Shown: piece by piece, positions 19,807 to 30,081 of the stretch
How positions within the stretch are numbered: position 1 is the stretch's first letter
Layout of the letters: each line of letters starts with the position of its first letter
Assembly (NCBI GenBank): GCA_963695555.1
Contig: CAVOGR010000007.1
Location: 256,001 to 320,000, forward strand
Direction of reading: 5' to 3'
Source: an uncultured Gemmatimonadales bacterium
GTDB taxonomy: Bacteria; Gemmatimonadota; Gemmatimonadetes; Gemmatimonadales; GWC2-71-9
Length of the DNA: 64,000 nt
The notes under the pieces: model-generated
Database searches by the model: none
What the model was told of the DNA's origin: nothing
The model's input: the letters and a program-made list of their open reading frames with translations, nothing else
Program-made: the position numbers and the translations under genes

Positions 19807-20391
19807 CGGCTGGCCGGCACCAACAGGTAGCCGGTGAAGCAGCCGCGGTCTCCCTGCGAGTCTGCGCACTCGAAGGCCGAGCCTTGCAGTTTCATCCCCT
19901 CGAAGTCGCCGCCCCCAAACGCCACCGAGTTGTGGAACTCCACGCCGCGCGGCTGCGGGTACACCTTGCCGGCGTTCGTGGTTCCACTGAAGCTGCCGCA
20001 CCATCCCGTGGCCGGCATACAGACGTCGTACTCGCTGTAATCCGGGCTGGTCGTGGTGAACCAGCCGTCAGGGCCCTGGCTCGCCGTCTGGTCACTGGCA
20101 TCGTTGGTGGCGAAACAGGTCTCCAAGGTGCCTTCGAGATCGCCTTCCTGCACGGTGAACGCAAGGCAGAGGTGATTCCGAGATCGCCCGCTGTTGCCGT
20201 TGGCCCTGGTCTCGCCGCCCAGGAACTGCGCTGAACTGGGTCACGAACGAGATGGGAATCTGCTGACTGCCTGCGGCCGCGAAGAGCGGCTGCTCGCCTG
20301 CGGTGACCTCCGCCGACGGCGCGGCGGAATCAGCGCAGGCTGTGACGATGAAGGCCGCTGAGAGAGCAGTGATCATTTGACGGTACCGCAT
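19803..20391 (-). CDS. Secreted lipoprotein of unknown function, frameshift near 20220
   Basis: MRYRQMITALSAAFIVTAC lipobox, joined to ORF 19803-20153. Confidence 0.6.
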
Positions 20392-20659
20392 AATCGGACT
20401 CCTTGGTGTAGGATGCCCGACGATACGGCGGCCTCGTCACGCCGCCCTCAGCTACTTCTCATCGGCCCGTCATCCGGCATTGCCAAGACGGGGTCAGGCC
20501 TCGAGCAGAAGTCGTTGCCACAAAAGGGGATGATGTCCGGCTGAGAGCCGAGTGGTCCCGGCCTGAGACCCATGGCGTACCATGGCTGGCGGTATCGACC
20601 GCCCCGGCACCCCTGCCCGGGCCGGCTCTGGTCCGTCACTTCATCCCCCGGAGGTACCA

Positions 20660-21298
20660 ATGAGAGTTTCCACCTTCTTGCCCGTCGCGCTGGTCGGCGC
20701 GTTTCTCGTCGGCTGCGAGACCAATGGCCCAGTCACCGAGCCCACCAGCGCCGCCGCGGGCATCTCGACCTCCGTGACGACCGGTCCCGGAATGCCCGGC
20801 CACTCCCACCTCATTAGGATCGGCATCGCGGAGTGGACCATCTCGACGGCCGACCCTGACGCCGAAATGTTCACGATCTACGGGAATCCCACCGAGATCT
20901 TCGACTGCGGCGGGCCGGGCGGGGCGGAATACAGCGTACAGTTCAACGAACTCGAACTGGCGATGGGCCGCCTGCGCAACCTCCTCGCCCAGGGCTCCGA
21001 GATCGAGTTGTACGTGTACGATTTCTTCACCCCGGACGACTTGGGTGGACGGACGTTCTGCGAGTACTTCGCGCAGGAGTGGAAGTACCGCGGCACGGTC
21101 AATTACACCGAGATGTTCCACCGGAACTTGGTACAGAACAACACCGCGTGGCATTGGAACACGAACGGCACCGTCGAAGACATGGACGGGAACCCATACT
21201 CGTACCACGAAAGCCAGGTGTTCGTCCGCGCGGCCAATGGCAACGGGTCCGCATGGATCAAGGAGAGCATCATGGTCACGCCGAGGGGCAATAGCTGA
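20660..21298 (+). CDS. Lipoprotein of unknown function
   Basis: MRVSTFLPVALVGAFLVGC lipobox; GGAGG RBS. Confidence 0.75.
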   Translation: MRVSTFLPVALVGAFLVGCETNGPVTEPTSAAAGISTSVTTGPGMPGHSHLIRIGIAEWTISTADPDAEMFTIYGNPTEIFDCGGPGGAEYSVQFNELELAMGRLRNLLAQGSEIELYVYDFFTPDDLGGRTFCEYFAQEWKYRGTVNYTEMFHRNLVQNNTAWHWNTNGTVEDMDGNPYSYHESQVFVRAANGNGSAWIKESIMVTPRGNS

Positions 21299-21544
21299 GC
21301 TCGTCACAACCTGCGAATGCGTGCCCCGCGTCGGGAGGCCGGGGCGCAGCGGGCGCTCCTTCCACGCCAACCGTGGCCGACAGACACTTTGCCCCTGGCG
21401 CCAGTGGCTTGACGTACGGAGCGAGTACCTGATACAGTCCAACACGCGAGAGGCACCTCGTACCAAGACGGCAGGCCCCCGGGACCAAGTGCCACGGCAC
21501 CGGGAGGCGCCCGCCAAGGAGATTCCTTTCTCTTTGGAGGTACG

Positions 21545-22445
21545 ATGCGACACCAGCCCGCCCCCGCCCCTGCTCCCGCGACACCCCGTCCGTTCGGACG
21601 TATGCTGTTCTCGTTGGTCACGCTGGGCAGCCTGTCGATCATCCAACCGATCCACAGGCCTTCCGATTCCATTATTCGCCGCCACGACGTGCCCGATAGT
21701 CTTTACCTCCAGCTGGGAAGCCGGTACTCGAGCATCGTGCACATCAACCTCCCGGTACCGGGAGGCGCGGCCGATTGCGAGGGCACCCTGATCGCACCCC
21801 GTTGGGTTCTCACCGCGGCTCACGTCGCTGCGGAAATCACCCCCGGCCACCTACTCACCGTCGCGGACGAGCCCTACCAGGTGGACTCCGTGATCCGCCA
21901 TCCCGATTGGGATGACGGGCCCAACGATCTCGCTCTTCTGCGCCTGGAACGCTCCGTCATTGGTGTCCGGCCCGCTCACCTGTATCGTGGATCGGAGGAG
22001 GTTGATCGAGTCCTCGTCCTCGTAGGATACGGGGACCTCGGAACCGGCCTCAGCGGACCGACCGGCAGTGATCGACAGGTCCGTGGAGCGACCAACCGGG
22101 TCGACATGGCGTCCGACTTTTGGCTCAAGATGGTCTTCGACTCCCCCGGAGAGCCCGCGAGCAACACCACTGGAGGGTGTGAGTGGACCGGGAGACAGCG
22201 GCGGACCGGCGTAGTGGGAGGGTGGCGAGGAGGAAGTCGTAGTCGGCGTGTCATCCGGGCAGAGCACCAGGGCTACCGGGGGCAAGTTGGGCCGGTATGG
22301 CGTGACCGAGTTCTATACCCGAGTCTCGCGATACGTCTCCTGGATCGAGAGCGTCACCGGGCCGCTCCCGTCCTCGCCAGCCGGGCAACCAGTCCACGGC
22401 CTGCTGGAACCCGCAGCGCCCCAAGGAGGATTAGCAGATGCGTAG
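21545..22445 (+). pseudogene. Trypsin-like S1 serine protease, disrupted by a frameshift near 22155 and an in-frame TAG at 22212
   Basis: WVLTAAH and NDLALL, then GDSGGPA* and YTRVSRYVSWI in the shifted frame. Confidence 0.75.
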
Positions 22446-22923
22446 AGGCGGATGGATCGTACTGATACTGTGTCAGCTGGTCGCCTGTGATAGCACGGCG
22501 ACTGATTCCCTTGCGCGCCGCAAGGCTCTCGCGGAGCAGTTTGTCCGCGGCGTCTACGGCTGCGAGCCCTCGGTCGTGGCGGAGCTCGGCGCAGAGAACG
22601 TCTTCATTAGCTACCCGATTTTCGAGGAATTGTTCGGCACTCCTGCCATTCGCGGCCGCGACAAGGTCGAAGAGTTCGCCACGGGGTTCTGTAGCCGATG
22701 GAAAGACGGTGAGTTCATCATTCACGAAGCGGTTGCCGAGGGCGACCGGGTGGTGCTGGTGTGGGAGTTCGCGGCGCGGAACGTCGCATCTGGCGAACGT
22801 CGGAGCTGGGGTGGCATCAGCCTGTTCCGGTTCGACAGTGCGGGAAGGATCGTTGCGGAGATCGGCGAAGAGAGCGAGCCTGGTCCGGTGGGTCGCTTGG
22901 CAGGCTCGGCAGCTGCAGATTGA
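22438..22923 (+). CDS. SnoaL/NTF2-like lipoprotein
   Basis: LVAC lipobox; IRGRD, VAEGDRVV, FRFDSAGRI. Confidence 0.8.
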   Translation: MRRGGWIVLILCQLVACDSTATDSLARRKALAEQFVRGVYGCEPSVVAELGAENVFISYPIFEELFGTPAIRGRDKVEEFATGFCSRWKDGEFIIHEAVAEGDRVVLVWEFAARNVASGERRSWGGISLFRFDSAGRIVAEIGEESEPGPVGRLAGSAAAD

Positions 22924-23287
22924 CGTCGCGAAAGACCAGGGAGGATGATACGCGATGGGAGCCTCACGGCTCAGATGTGGTCGAACTCATCATCATCGTT
23001 CATCTGCTCAGCTCGATACTCTGGTTCTTCGGGCGAAGTGTCGCGGCATTGCCTGCGAGAGGGAGGCCCGATGGGATCTCTCGAGCCCTTGTGCCACCAC
23101 CAACCCCGACCATGACGTTCGGAAATCGGGCCGCTTCGCGAAACGATACACCACACGCTGACGTACGGGCACAAGGCGGACTGCCTTGCTTCATGACCGG
23201 CCGTCATGGCCAGACGTACCGCACTAGTCGCGTCCCACCGGGTGCGAGTCGCGCGCGCTTGGTTCCACCTCCGTCATGGAGGCTCCG

Positions 23288-24853
23288 ATGGCTTCCTCTC
23301 TTCACCTCTTAGTTGGGCTCGGCATCGCCGCGGTCACGACCTCACTACCCGCACACGCCCAGAATCCCGGCAAGGGACAGACGGTACCCGCTTCGTCAGT
23401 CCAGCAAGCCGTTACGACCATCACCGCATCCGACTTCCGCGCGAAGTTGGGCGCCCTGGCCCACGACTCGACACGCGGACGGGAGACTCCAAGCCCCGAA
23501 CTCGAGCGCGCCACCGAGTGGGTTGCCGAGCAATTCCGAAATGCCGGACTCGACCCAGGTGGAGATGCCGGCGGATACCTCCAGCGATTCGAGATACAAC
23601 ACACACGGCTCGATTCCCTCACGGCTTTCGTTGCCACCGAGGGTGGCCAGCGAACCGCCTGGACATTTGGCACCGACCTCATCTTCGTGGGTGGGAGTCG
23701 CCCAGTCGAGCTCAGTGACGCACCGGTAGTGCTGCTCGTGGGCATCCCGAGTGACACCGCACACCCGTTCGGCGACGTGGCCGTGCGCGGCGCCGTGTTA
23801 TTGCACGTCGTTGCCCCCGACCAGCTGAACGGCCGCGTCCTCAACCCGGTGCACCAGCGGGCCGACGCGGAAGGAGTGGTGGCCCACATTGTCGCCTCGC
23901 AGATACCGGCTGATCGATGGTCCCGGTTTGCCCGCAACTCGTTCCCCGAGCGATGGGAAGTGAGCGGCGCCGGGTCTCGAGACGGCCTGCGCGTGTTCGG
24001 CCTTCAACTCGAAGCCGTGTCTGAGCTACTGCGCGGCGCCGGCGAGGATCCCGCGTTGCTCACGACTGCCGGATGGCGGGTCCGTCCGTTGCCCAACATC
24101 ACAGTCTCCATGGTGCCGTACTCCACCACCACTGAGCGGGCAACGGTGGCAAACGTCGTAGGAGTACTCGAAGGCAGCGACGCTGCCTTACGCCATGAAG
24201 CCGTCGTATTCACCAGTCACATGGATCACGTCGGCGTCATCCCGGGGCGGTGCAACCCATCCGAGGCGATGCCCAGCGATTCCATCTGCAATGGGGCCGA
24301 CGACAACGCGTCCGGAACGGTTGGGGTGATCGAGCTTGCCAGAGCCTTCACAACGCTGCATCCGCGTCCGGCCCGCACCTTCATCTTCGCCGCCATGACC
24401 GCCGAGGAACGGGGCCTCTTTGGTTCGCGTTTCTATGTCGAGCATCCGCTGGTACCGCTGGCACAAACCGCTGCCGTACTGAACCTGGACATGATCGCGC
24501 GCAACCCACCCGACACGGTCGGGTTCCTGGGCAGGGACTACACGTCACTCGGCCAGGTCGTCGACCGTGTGGCGGACGAGCATGCCGAGCTGGGCCTCAT
24601 GCCTGTGGAGCACAAGGGGCGCTTCACGGCCTCGGATCACTTCCCGTTCGCGGAGCGGGGTGTCCCAGCGTTGTTCTTCTTCAGCGGTGAGCATGAAGAC
24701 CTGCACACCGCGGCCGACAACCCGGACCGCGCGAATCCCGACCAAGCAGCTCGGATCGTCCGGCTCGCTTTCTTCGTTGGCCTCGCGGTAGCGAACGCTC
24801 CGGAGCGGCCGACGTGGGACCCGGAGGCACGGGCGCGTTACGTGGGCCCGTAG
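23288..24853 (+). CDS. M28 family metallopeptidase
   Basis: SHMDH, NGADDNASG, AEERGL, NLDM, SDHFPF. Confidence 0.92.
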   Translation: MASSLHLLVGLGIAAVTTSLPAHAQNPGKGQTVPASSVQQAVTTITASDFRAKLGALAHDSTRGRETPSPELERATEWVAEQFRNAGLDPGGDAGGYLQRFEIQHTRLDSLTAFVATEGGQRTAWTFGTDLIFVGGSRPVELSDAPVVLLVGIPSDTAHPFGDVAVRGAVLLHVVAPDQLNGRVLNPVHQRADAEGVVAHIVASQIPADRWSRFARNSFPERWEVSGAGSRDGLRVFGLQLEAVSELLRGAGEDPALLTTAGWRVRPLPNITVSMVPYSTTTERATVANVVGVLEGSDAALRHEAVVFTSHMDHVGVIPGRCNPSEAMPSDSICNGADDNASGTVGVIELARAFTTLHPRPARTFIFAAMTAEERGLFGSRFYVEHPLVPLAQTAAVLNLDMIARNPPDTVGFLGRDYTSLGQVVDRVADEHAELGLMPVEHKGRFTASDHFPFAERGVPALFFFSGEHEDLHTAADNPDRANPDQAARIVRLAFFVGLAVANAPERPTWDPEARARYVGP

Positions 24854-24902
24854 AGACGGCCCGCCATTCGATGCGGGAATAGGTTGGATCGGAGTTCCGA
24901 AC

Positions 24903-25517
24903 ATGAGGATGACGCGCATTCGGCGCATCGTGGTCTGGGGAACGACGTTTCTCGTCGCCTTCTTTATCTTCTTTTACGCAGCATATCGCCCGTGGCAATT
25001 GACCTGGGGTGCGACCCCAGACGAAGTCACCCGTCCGATGGCGGGAGATGAGCTCGTCACGAGTCCGACCTTCAATGCGACGCGCGCGGTGACAGTCAAC
25101 GCGCCGGCGGAGCGCATTTGGCCTTGGATAGTCCAGATGGGGTACAAGAGGGCGGGATTCTACAGCTGGGACGTCCTGGACAACGATGGCATCCCGAGCG
25201 CCAAGCAGATTCTACCTGGGTACCAGAGTCTCGAAGTCGGTGACGTGGTGCCCCTCAGCGAACATACCGATGCCTCGGTGGTCGATGTGGAGCCGAACAG
25301 ACGGCTCTTGCTGGTCTTTCCATCAGACGGCACTGTGACGTGGGCATGGGGTCTTTACCCGATCGACGCGGAGCGAACCCGACTGGTGACCCGCCTCCGA
25401 TGGCGAACGACGAGCATATCTTCTCAGTTCATATTGGACGCCTTCGAAATCATCATGATGCGGAAGTGTTTGTTGGGTATCAAGCGGCGCGCAGAGACGC
25501 TTATGGCACCAGCATGA
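24903..25517 (+). CDS. SRPBCC-like family protein
   Basis: WGAT, TRAVTVNAPAERIWPWIVQMG.RAGFYS, MMRKCLLGIKRRAE. Confidence 0.8.
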   Translation: MRMTRIRRIVVWGTTFLVAFFIFFYAAYRPWQLTWGATPDEVTRPMAGDELVTSPTFNATRAVTVNAPAERIWPWIVQMGYKRAGFYSWDVLDNDGIPSAKQILPGYQSLEVGDVVPLSEHTDASVVDVEPNRRLLLVFPSDGTVTWAWGLYPIDAERTRLVTRLRWRTTSISSQFILDAFEIIMMRKCLLGIKRRAETLMAPA

Positions 25518-25560
25518 TGCAACTGCTGGGAGTGGCTCATTCCGGAGATCACGGGCAAAC

Positions 25561-26004
25561 ATGACATCCAAGATCAGTCCACTCCGCGCCCTCGTCGTCA
25601 CCCTAGGCCTCGCCGGCGCCGGCGCGCTGGTCGGGGCAGTATGCGGTGTCGTTGCCCTCGCCATCGTCCTCGGCCTCGCTGGGGAGCGGCGCCTGCTCGA
25701 CCCAGATCTCCTCACTATCGGCGGAGCCTTCGGCGCGGTTACCGGGGCCATCTTCGCCCCGGTCATGAGCTGGCTCCTCCTCCGTCATGTGCCGTTGGGC
25801 CGCGCCATCCTGCACACAGCCATCGGCGCAATCGTCGGGGGCGCGATCGGCTTCTTTCTGCCAGTCTGGCGCCTCGGCTTTGGAATCGTGCCAGGGTTTC
25901 TGTGGGGTGGCCTGCTTGGAGGCACGGGGGCGGCGATCCGCCTCAGGCTGGCCATTTCTCGACAGGCTGCCAGCCGCCTCGGCCCGGGTGACGCATCCGC
26001 CTGA
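25561..26004 (+). CDS. Gly-rich membrane protein (about 4 TM)
   Basis: Four hydrophobic GxxxG-rich helices. Confidence 0.7.
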   Translation: MTSKISPLRALVVTLGLAGAGALVGAVCGVVALAIVLGLAGERRLLDPDLLTIGGAFGAVTGAIFAPVMSWLLLRHVPLGRAILHTAIGAIVGGAIGFFLPVWRLGFGIVPGFLWGGLLGGTGAAIRLRLAISRQAASRLGPGDASA

Positions 26005-26089
26005 AGTATGGGCGCGGCCGAGCGGAATGCAGAGTTGGGCCGGTGCCTGCCTGACACCGTCGACTTCTCCGACCTCACCAGAGCGGGCG

Positions 26090-26557
26090 TCAGACTCGGG
26101 CGGCACCCAGCTGCACTTCGGTATGCTGCAGGCGGATAAGGGCCGCCTTGGCCACTTGGGTCATGAGGACGGCGGTGATCCGTGGATCGACCTCGCAGAG
26201 CGCCCGAAGCCCGGCAGCCTCGACCCTGAGCACGTGGGTCGTCTTGGTGGCCCGGACGGTCTTCCCGTACACGAACGGCTCAATCAGGGCAGAGATACCG
26301 AAGGGCTCGCCCGGGTTGATCTCGCTGATGAACAGCTCTTTCCTGAGCTTGGGATTGATCTCGTCTTCCCCGATATAGAGCAGATCCGCACTGCCCTCCA
26401 TCATGAGGTACAGCGCATCGGCCGGGTGGTCGGCCTCGATGATGTTGGCCCCGGGCTCGAATGACCGCTCTTCGCTCAACATGGCGATGGCGTTCACATG
26501 TTCGGGCTCGAGCACACCGAACAGCTCGTATTTCCGGAGTAATTCAGGGGACACCAT
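26090..26557 (-). CDS. Stand-alone cyclic nucleotide-binding domain protein
   Basis: LYLMMEGSAD, INPGEPFGISAL; no HTH; last gene of the hdr-mvh operon. Confidence 0.85.
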   Translation of the reverse strand: MVSPELLRKYELFGVLEPEHVNAIAMLSEERSFEPGANIIEADHPADALYLMMEGSADLLYIGEDEINPKLRKELFISEINPGEPFGISALIEPFVYGKTVRATKTTHVLRVEAAGLRALCEVDPRITAVLMTQVAKAALIRLQHTEVQLGAARV

Positions 26558-26573
26558 GGTGTGCCTCCTCCCG

Positions 26574-27065
26574 CTAAGGGTCTGTTCCGTTGAGGGTGGC
26601 GAGCGCCAGCGCGGCCGCCTGCGGCACTGCCGCCGCCACTGGCGGCGACAGATGCTCCGAAAAGGCGTAGTTGCGCGCCGTCTCGACCGCCACGATGGTT
26701 ACCCGATCAGGCAGGTGCGCCCCCAGCGCGCGACCGACTTCGAGCGCCGTCCTCAACGAGGTATCGTGAGACGCATTGCAGTACCCGGCCACCGGGGCCG
26801 CCAGCTCGTCGAGCGACAGCCGCGTCACGGTTCCCAACGGGTTCTTTCCGGTGTGGATCGCGTCGACGATGATGACACGATCGTACCCGATCAGCCGCTC
26901 CATCAGGCGGAGGCCACCCAGCGCCACCCGCTCGACCTCTACATCCGACTCCGCTCGTGTCCGGCACCGCTCGACCTCGTCCGCGACGCGCCAGCCGACC
27001 CCGTCGTCACCCAGGATGGGATTGCCGAGTCCGATAACCAGGCACCGTTCCGGCATGCGCATCAT
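26574..27065 (-). CDS. Hydrogenase maturation protease
   Basis: VIGLGNPILGDDGVG, IIVDA, ASH. Confidence 0.93.
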   Translation of the reverse strand: MMRMPERCLVIGLGNPILGDDGVGWRVADEVERCRTRAESDVEVERVALGGLRLMERLIGYDRVIIVDAIHTGKNPLGTVTRLSLDELAAPVAGYCNASHDTSLRTALEVGRALGAHLPDRVTIVAVETARNYAFSEHLSPPVAAAVPQAAALALATLNGTDP

Positions 27066-27066
27066 C

Positions 27067-28557
27067 CTAGCAGAACTGCTTCAGCACTCGGATCGGCTCG
27101 CCGCGCGCGTCCCGGATCGTTACCTGGAGCGGCATCCGTCCGGGCAACGAGTGGGTGGCGCAGCCGAAGCAGGGATCGTACGCCCGGAACGCCATCTCGA
27201 TCTTGTTCAACATGCCCTCGGTCACCACCTCGCCCTTCGTAATCAACCGCTCGGCGGCCTTCTTGATGGACATGCTGATCGGCGCGTAGTTGTTGGTGGT
27301 CCCGACGATCAGGTTCACTTTCGTCAGCACACCACGCTCATCGGTCCAGTAATGATGCGTGAGCGTCCCACGGGGAGCCTCGACGATCCCCACCCCCTCG
27401 GTGGGCGTTTCGTGCGGCACCGCGTGCACGTTGTCGGACGTGATCTCGGGGTCATTCGCCAGCTCCACGATGCGCTCCGCTGCATAGAGCAGCTCGATCA
27501 GCCGGGCCCAGTGGGTCGCCAGGCGATGGTGCACGACAGGCGTGCGACCGGGCTCGAGAGGTTCGGGTGCGAGCGTCGAGTAGAACTTCTCGTACTCCGC
27601 CTGGGCAAGTGGTGTCGCCATGCCGTCGGACGCATTCAACCGCGACAGCGGAGTGGCGCAGTACACGCCCGAGTCCGGGCCGTCCACGAAGCCCTTCCAG
27701 CCGATCTTCTTCAGGTACGGGAACTTGAGATAGGTCCACGGCTCGACTCGCTCCGCGATCCACTCCGGATACTCGGCCGGCGCGTATTTGCCTATCCGCT
27801 CGCCGTCCGGCGAGACCACGCTGATCTTCCCGTCGTAGAAATTGACCTTGTTGCTGTCGTCCACCATCCCGATGTAGTAGGTGCGGTGATGGTAGATGTC
27901 ACCGAGGATGAGGTCGGCGTATTCCTTGTTGCCGAGGACGATGTCGTTGAACAGCTGGAGCGAGAACTGGGCGAAATCGATGGCCCACGTGCCGATCGCG
28001 GCAATCTGGGCCCGTTGCTCGTGGGTGATCCCCTTGGTCAAACCGCCCGGGATGGACGTGCAGGGATGGACCTTTCGCCCACCGATCATCTCGATGATCT
28101 CGTGGCCGTGCTTTCGAGCCTGGATGACCTTGCCACCGATTTCGAGCCCGACCTTGTGAATGACGCCGAGAATGTTACGCTCGGCCACTGGCGCCTCGGG
28201 CCCCATCACGAAGTCCGGACCCGCGAGCGCGTAGAAGTGCGTGGTGTGATCGGTGAAGTAGAACCCGCTGTAGAGGAGTTCACGTAACAGCTTGGCCGGC
28301 CGTGGCGGATCGACATGATAGACCGCATCGGCCGCCTTGGCCGCCGCCATGTGGTGGGCCTCGGGACAAACCCCGCAGATCCGATTGGTCAGGAGCGGCA
28401 TTTCTTCGACCGGACGGCCGACGCAAAATCGCTCGAAGCCGCGCAACTCAGGCACCTGGAAGTAGGTGTTGGCGACATCTCCCTCTTCGTTCAGGAAGAT
28501 CTCGATCTTGCCATGACCTTCGAGGCGGGTAATCGGATCGATAGTGATGCGTTTCAT
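27067..28557 (-). CDS. mvhA: [NiFe]-hydrogenase large subunit (MvhA-like, group 3c)
   Basis: TRLEGH, RICGVC (L1), [14 protein letters not shown] (L2) plus a cleavable C-terminal extension. Confidence 0.95.
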   Translation of the reverse strand: MKRITIDPITRLEGHGKIEIFLNEEGDVANTYFQVPELRGFERFCVGRPVEEMPLLTNRICGVCPEAHHMAAAKAADAVYHVDPPRPAKLLRELLYSGFYFTDHTTHFYALAGPDFVMGPEAPVAERNILGVIHKVGLEIGGKVIQARKHGHEIIEMIGGRKVHPCTSIPGGLTKGITHEQRAQIAAIGTWAIDFAQFSLQLFNDIVLGNKEYADLILGDIYHHRTYYIGMVDDSNKVNFYDGKISVVSPDGERIGKYAPAEYPEWIAERVEPWTYLKFPYLKKIGWKGFVDGPDSGVYCATPLSRLNASDGMATPLAQAEYEKFYSTLAPEPLEPGRTPVVHHRLATHWARLIELLYAAERIVELANDPEITSDNVHAVPHETPTEGVGIVEAPRGTLTHHYWTDERGVLTKVNLIVGTTNNYAPISMSIKKAAERLITKGEVVTEGMLNKIEMAFRAYDPCFGCATHSLPGRMPLQVTIRDARGEPIRVLKQFC

Positions 28558-29558
28558 GCTGGCTCCTCCTGCCCCGTCTGCCAGGCGGATTTGGCGGCGC
28601 CGAGCAACGACCCGGCAAGGCTGAACCGATAGAATTGGCCGGCTGGATCGACCAGCCCGTCGAGGATGCGGTCGATCTCGTCCTGGTCGTCGCTGTCGAT
28701 GACGGACGCGAAGGCCGTCATGAGGCGGGCCCCGAAGTCGAGCACACCCTCCGCCGCCCCATAGCACCCGATGCACTGGGCTCCGGCCTGGGGGCAGAGC
28801 GCCCCGCAGCCGTCTCGCGTCGCGGGTCCGTTACACGGAATGCCCTGTTCGAGCAGGCAGAGTTCCGGATCGACGTGCTCGAGATCCTGAATGCGAACGA
28901 ACGCCTTGATCGTCTTGATGTTGCGCTTCCGTGCGCACTCGTCACACACCGTCGTGCCCCCGGCACCGATGGTGCTGCCGGCCGGCGGGAGCTCGGCCTC
29001 CCCCTTCAGGGCCTTGATCACAAGGTCGATGACCGCCCCGATTTGGTGGGACTCCGGCGGGCAGCCCGGCATGTAGTAGTCGACCGGCACGACCTGATCC
29101 AGGGTCTTGAGGACGGGATAGAATGTGGGAATCTCAATCTCACCCTCGGGCACGGTCCACGTGCTCTTGGGTCGGATGCCGTCCGGGTTCTCGGTCGAGA
29201 CTCCGGTGTACACCGCATCGAATATCTGGGCCGGGCTGCTGAAGTTGGCGAGCCCCGGAATGCAGCCTTCGCAGGCGCACGAGCCGAACGCCACCAGGAT
29301 CTTCGACTTGCGTCGTAGCAGCTTGGCCAGCGCCTCGTTCTCGCTGTTCCGGATGCCGCCGTTGAAGAGCGTGAGGGTGATCGCGCCGTCGGCGAATGCC
29401 TCGACGTCCTTGTACTTGGCATCCATGGCCACCGGCCAGAAGGCCACGTCGAAATTCGCATCGACGTCGAGGATCTTCTCGTGGATGTTGAGCACCGCGA
29501 TCTCGCATCCGCCGCAGGATGCAGCCCAGTACATCGCGAATTTCGGTTTGTCGCTCAT
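28554..29558 (-). CDS. mvhG: [NiFe]-hydrogenase small subunit (MvhG-like)
   Basis: SCGGC, FGSCA, PGCPP, VCDEC, CIGCYG. Confidence 0.93.
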   Translation of the reverse strand: MSDKPKFAMYWAASCGGCEIAVLNIHEKILDVDANFDVAFWPVAMDAKYKDVEAFADGAITLTLFNGGIRNSENEALAKLLRRKSKILVAFGSCACEGCIPGLANFSSPAQIFDAVYTGVSTENPDGIRPKSTWTVPEGEIEIPTFYPVLKTLDQVVPVDYYMPGCPPESHQIGAVIDLVIKALKGEAELPPAGSTIGAGGTTVCDECARKRNIKTIKAFVRIQDLEHVDPELCLLEQGIPCNGPATRDGCGALCPQAGAQCIGCYGAAEGVLDFGARLMTAFASVIDSDDQDEIDRILDGLVDPAGQFYRFSLAGSLLGAAKSAWQTGQEEPA

Positions 29559-30052
29559 CCCCCCACCTCCACAGCGGCCCCTGCATCCGCCGCCGGTTGG
29601 GCTACGGTAATTTCCGGGCGGCCAGGCACCCGTCCCATCCAATGGAGCGGGCCCATGGCCCTAATGTCTTCGACGACGTTCCCGATGGCCTTGGCCAGCT
29701 GGGCTCCCTCGGCGGCGCTGGCCCAGACCAGGCGCACCCGCTCGGGCTCGATGCCAAGCCCGGCAAGGGTCCGCTGCAGCAGCCGGAACCGCCGGAGCGC
29801 CTTGTAGTTCTGCTCGAGGTAGTGGCACTCGCCGGGGTGACAGCCGGTGATGAGCACGCCATCCGCGCCGCTGGCAAACGCGCGGAGCACGAAGGTCGGA
29901 TCCAAGCGGCCGGAACACATGAGCCGTATGAGGCGCACGTTCGGCGGGTACTTGATCCGGGCCGTGCCGGCCAAGTCGGCGGCGCGGTAGCTGCACCAGT
30001 TGCAGGTGAAGCCCACGATGACGGGTTCGAACGGCAGACGTTGGTCGCCCAT
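29555..30052 (-). CDS. mvhD: MvhD [2Fe-2S] subunit
   Basis: FTCNWCSYRAADLAG, MCSGR, GCHPGECHY. Confidence 0.95.
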   Translation of the reverse strand: MGDQRLPFEPVIVGFTCNWCSYRAADLAGTARIKYPPNVRLIRLMCSGRLDPTFVLRAFASGADGVLITGCHPGECHYLEQNYKALRRFRLLQRTLAGLGIEPERVRLVWASAAEGAQLAKAIGNVVEDIRAMGPLHWMGRVPGRPEITVAQPAADAGAAVEVGG

Positions 30053-30081
30053 GATGGTTCCTCGTACCGGGTCGGCAGCGG

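Noticed and set aside
22212..22214. In-frame TAG in the trypsin-like gene as pyrrolysine or readthrough
   Set aside because: The gene also has a frameshift, TAG is used as a normal stop elsewhere in the window, and no pyl genes are seen.
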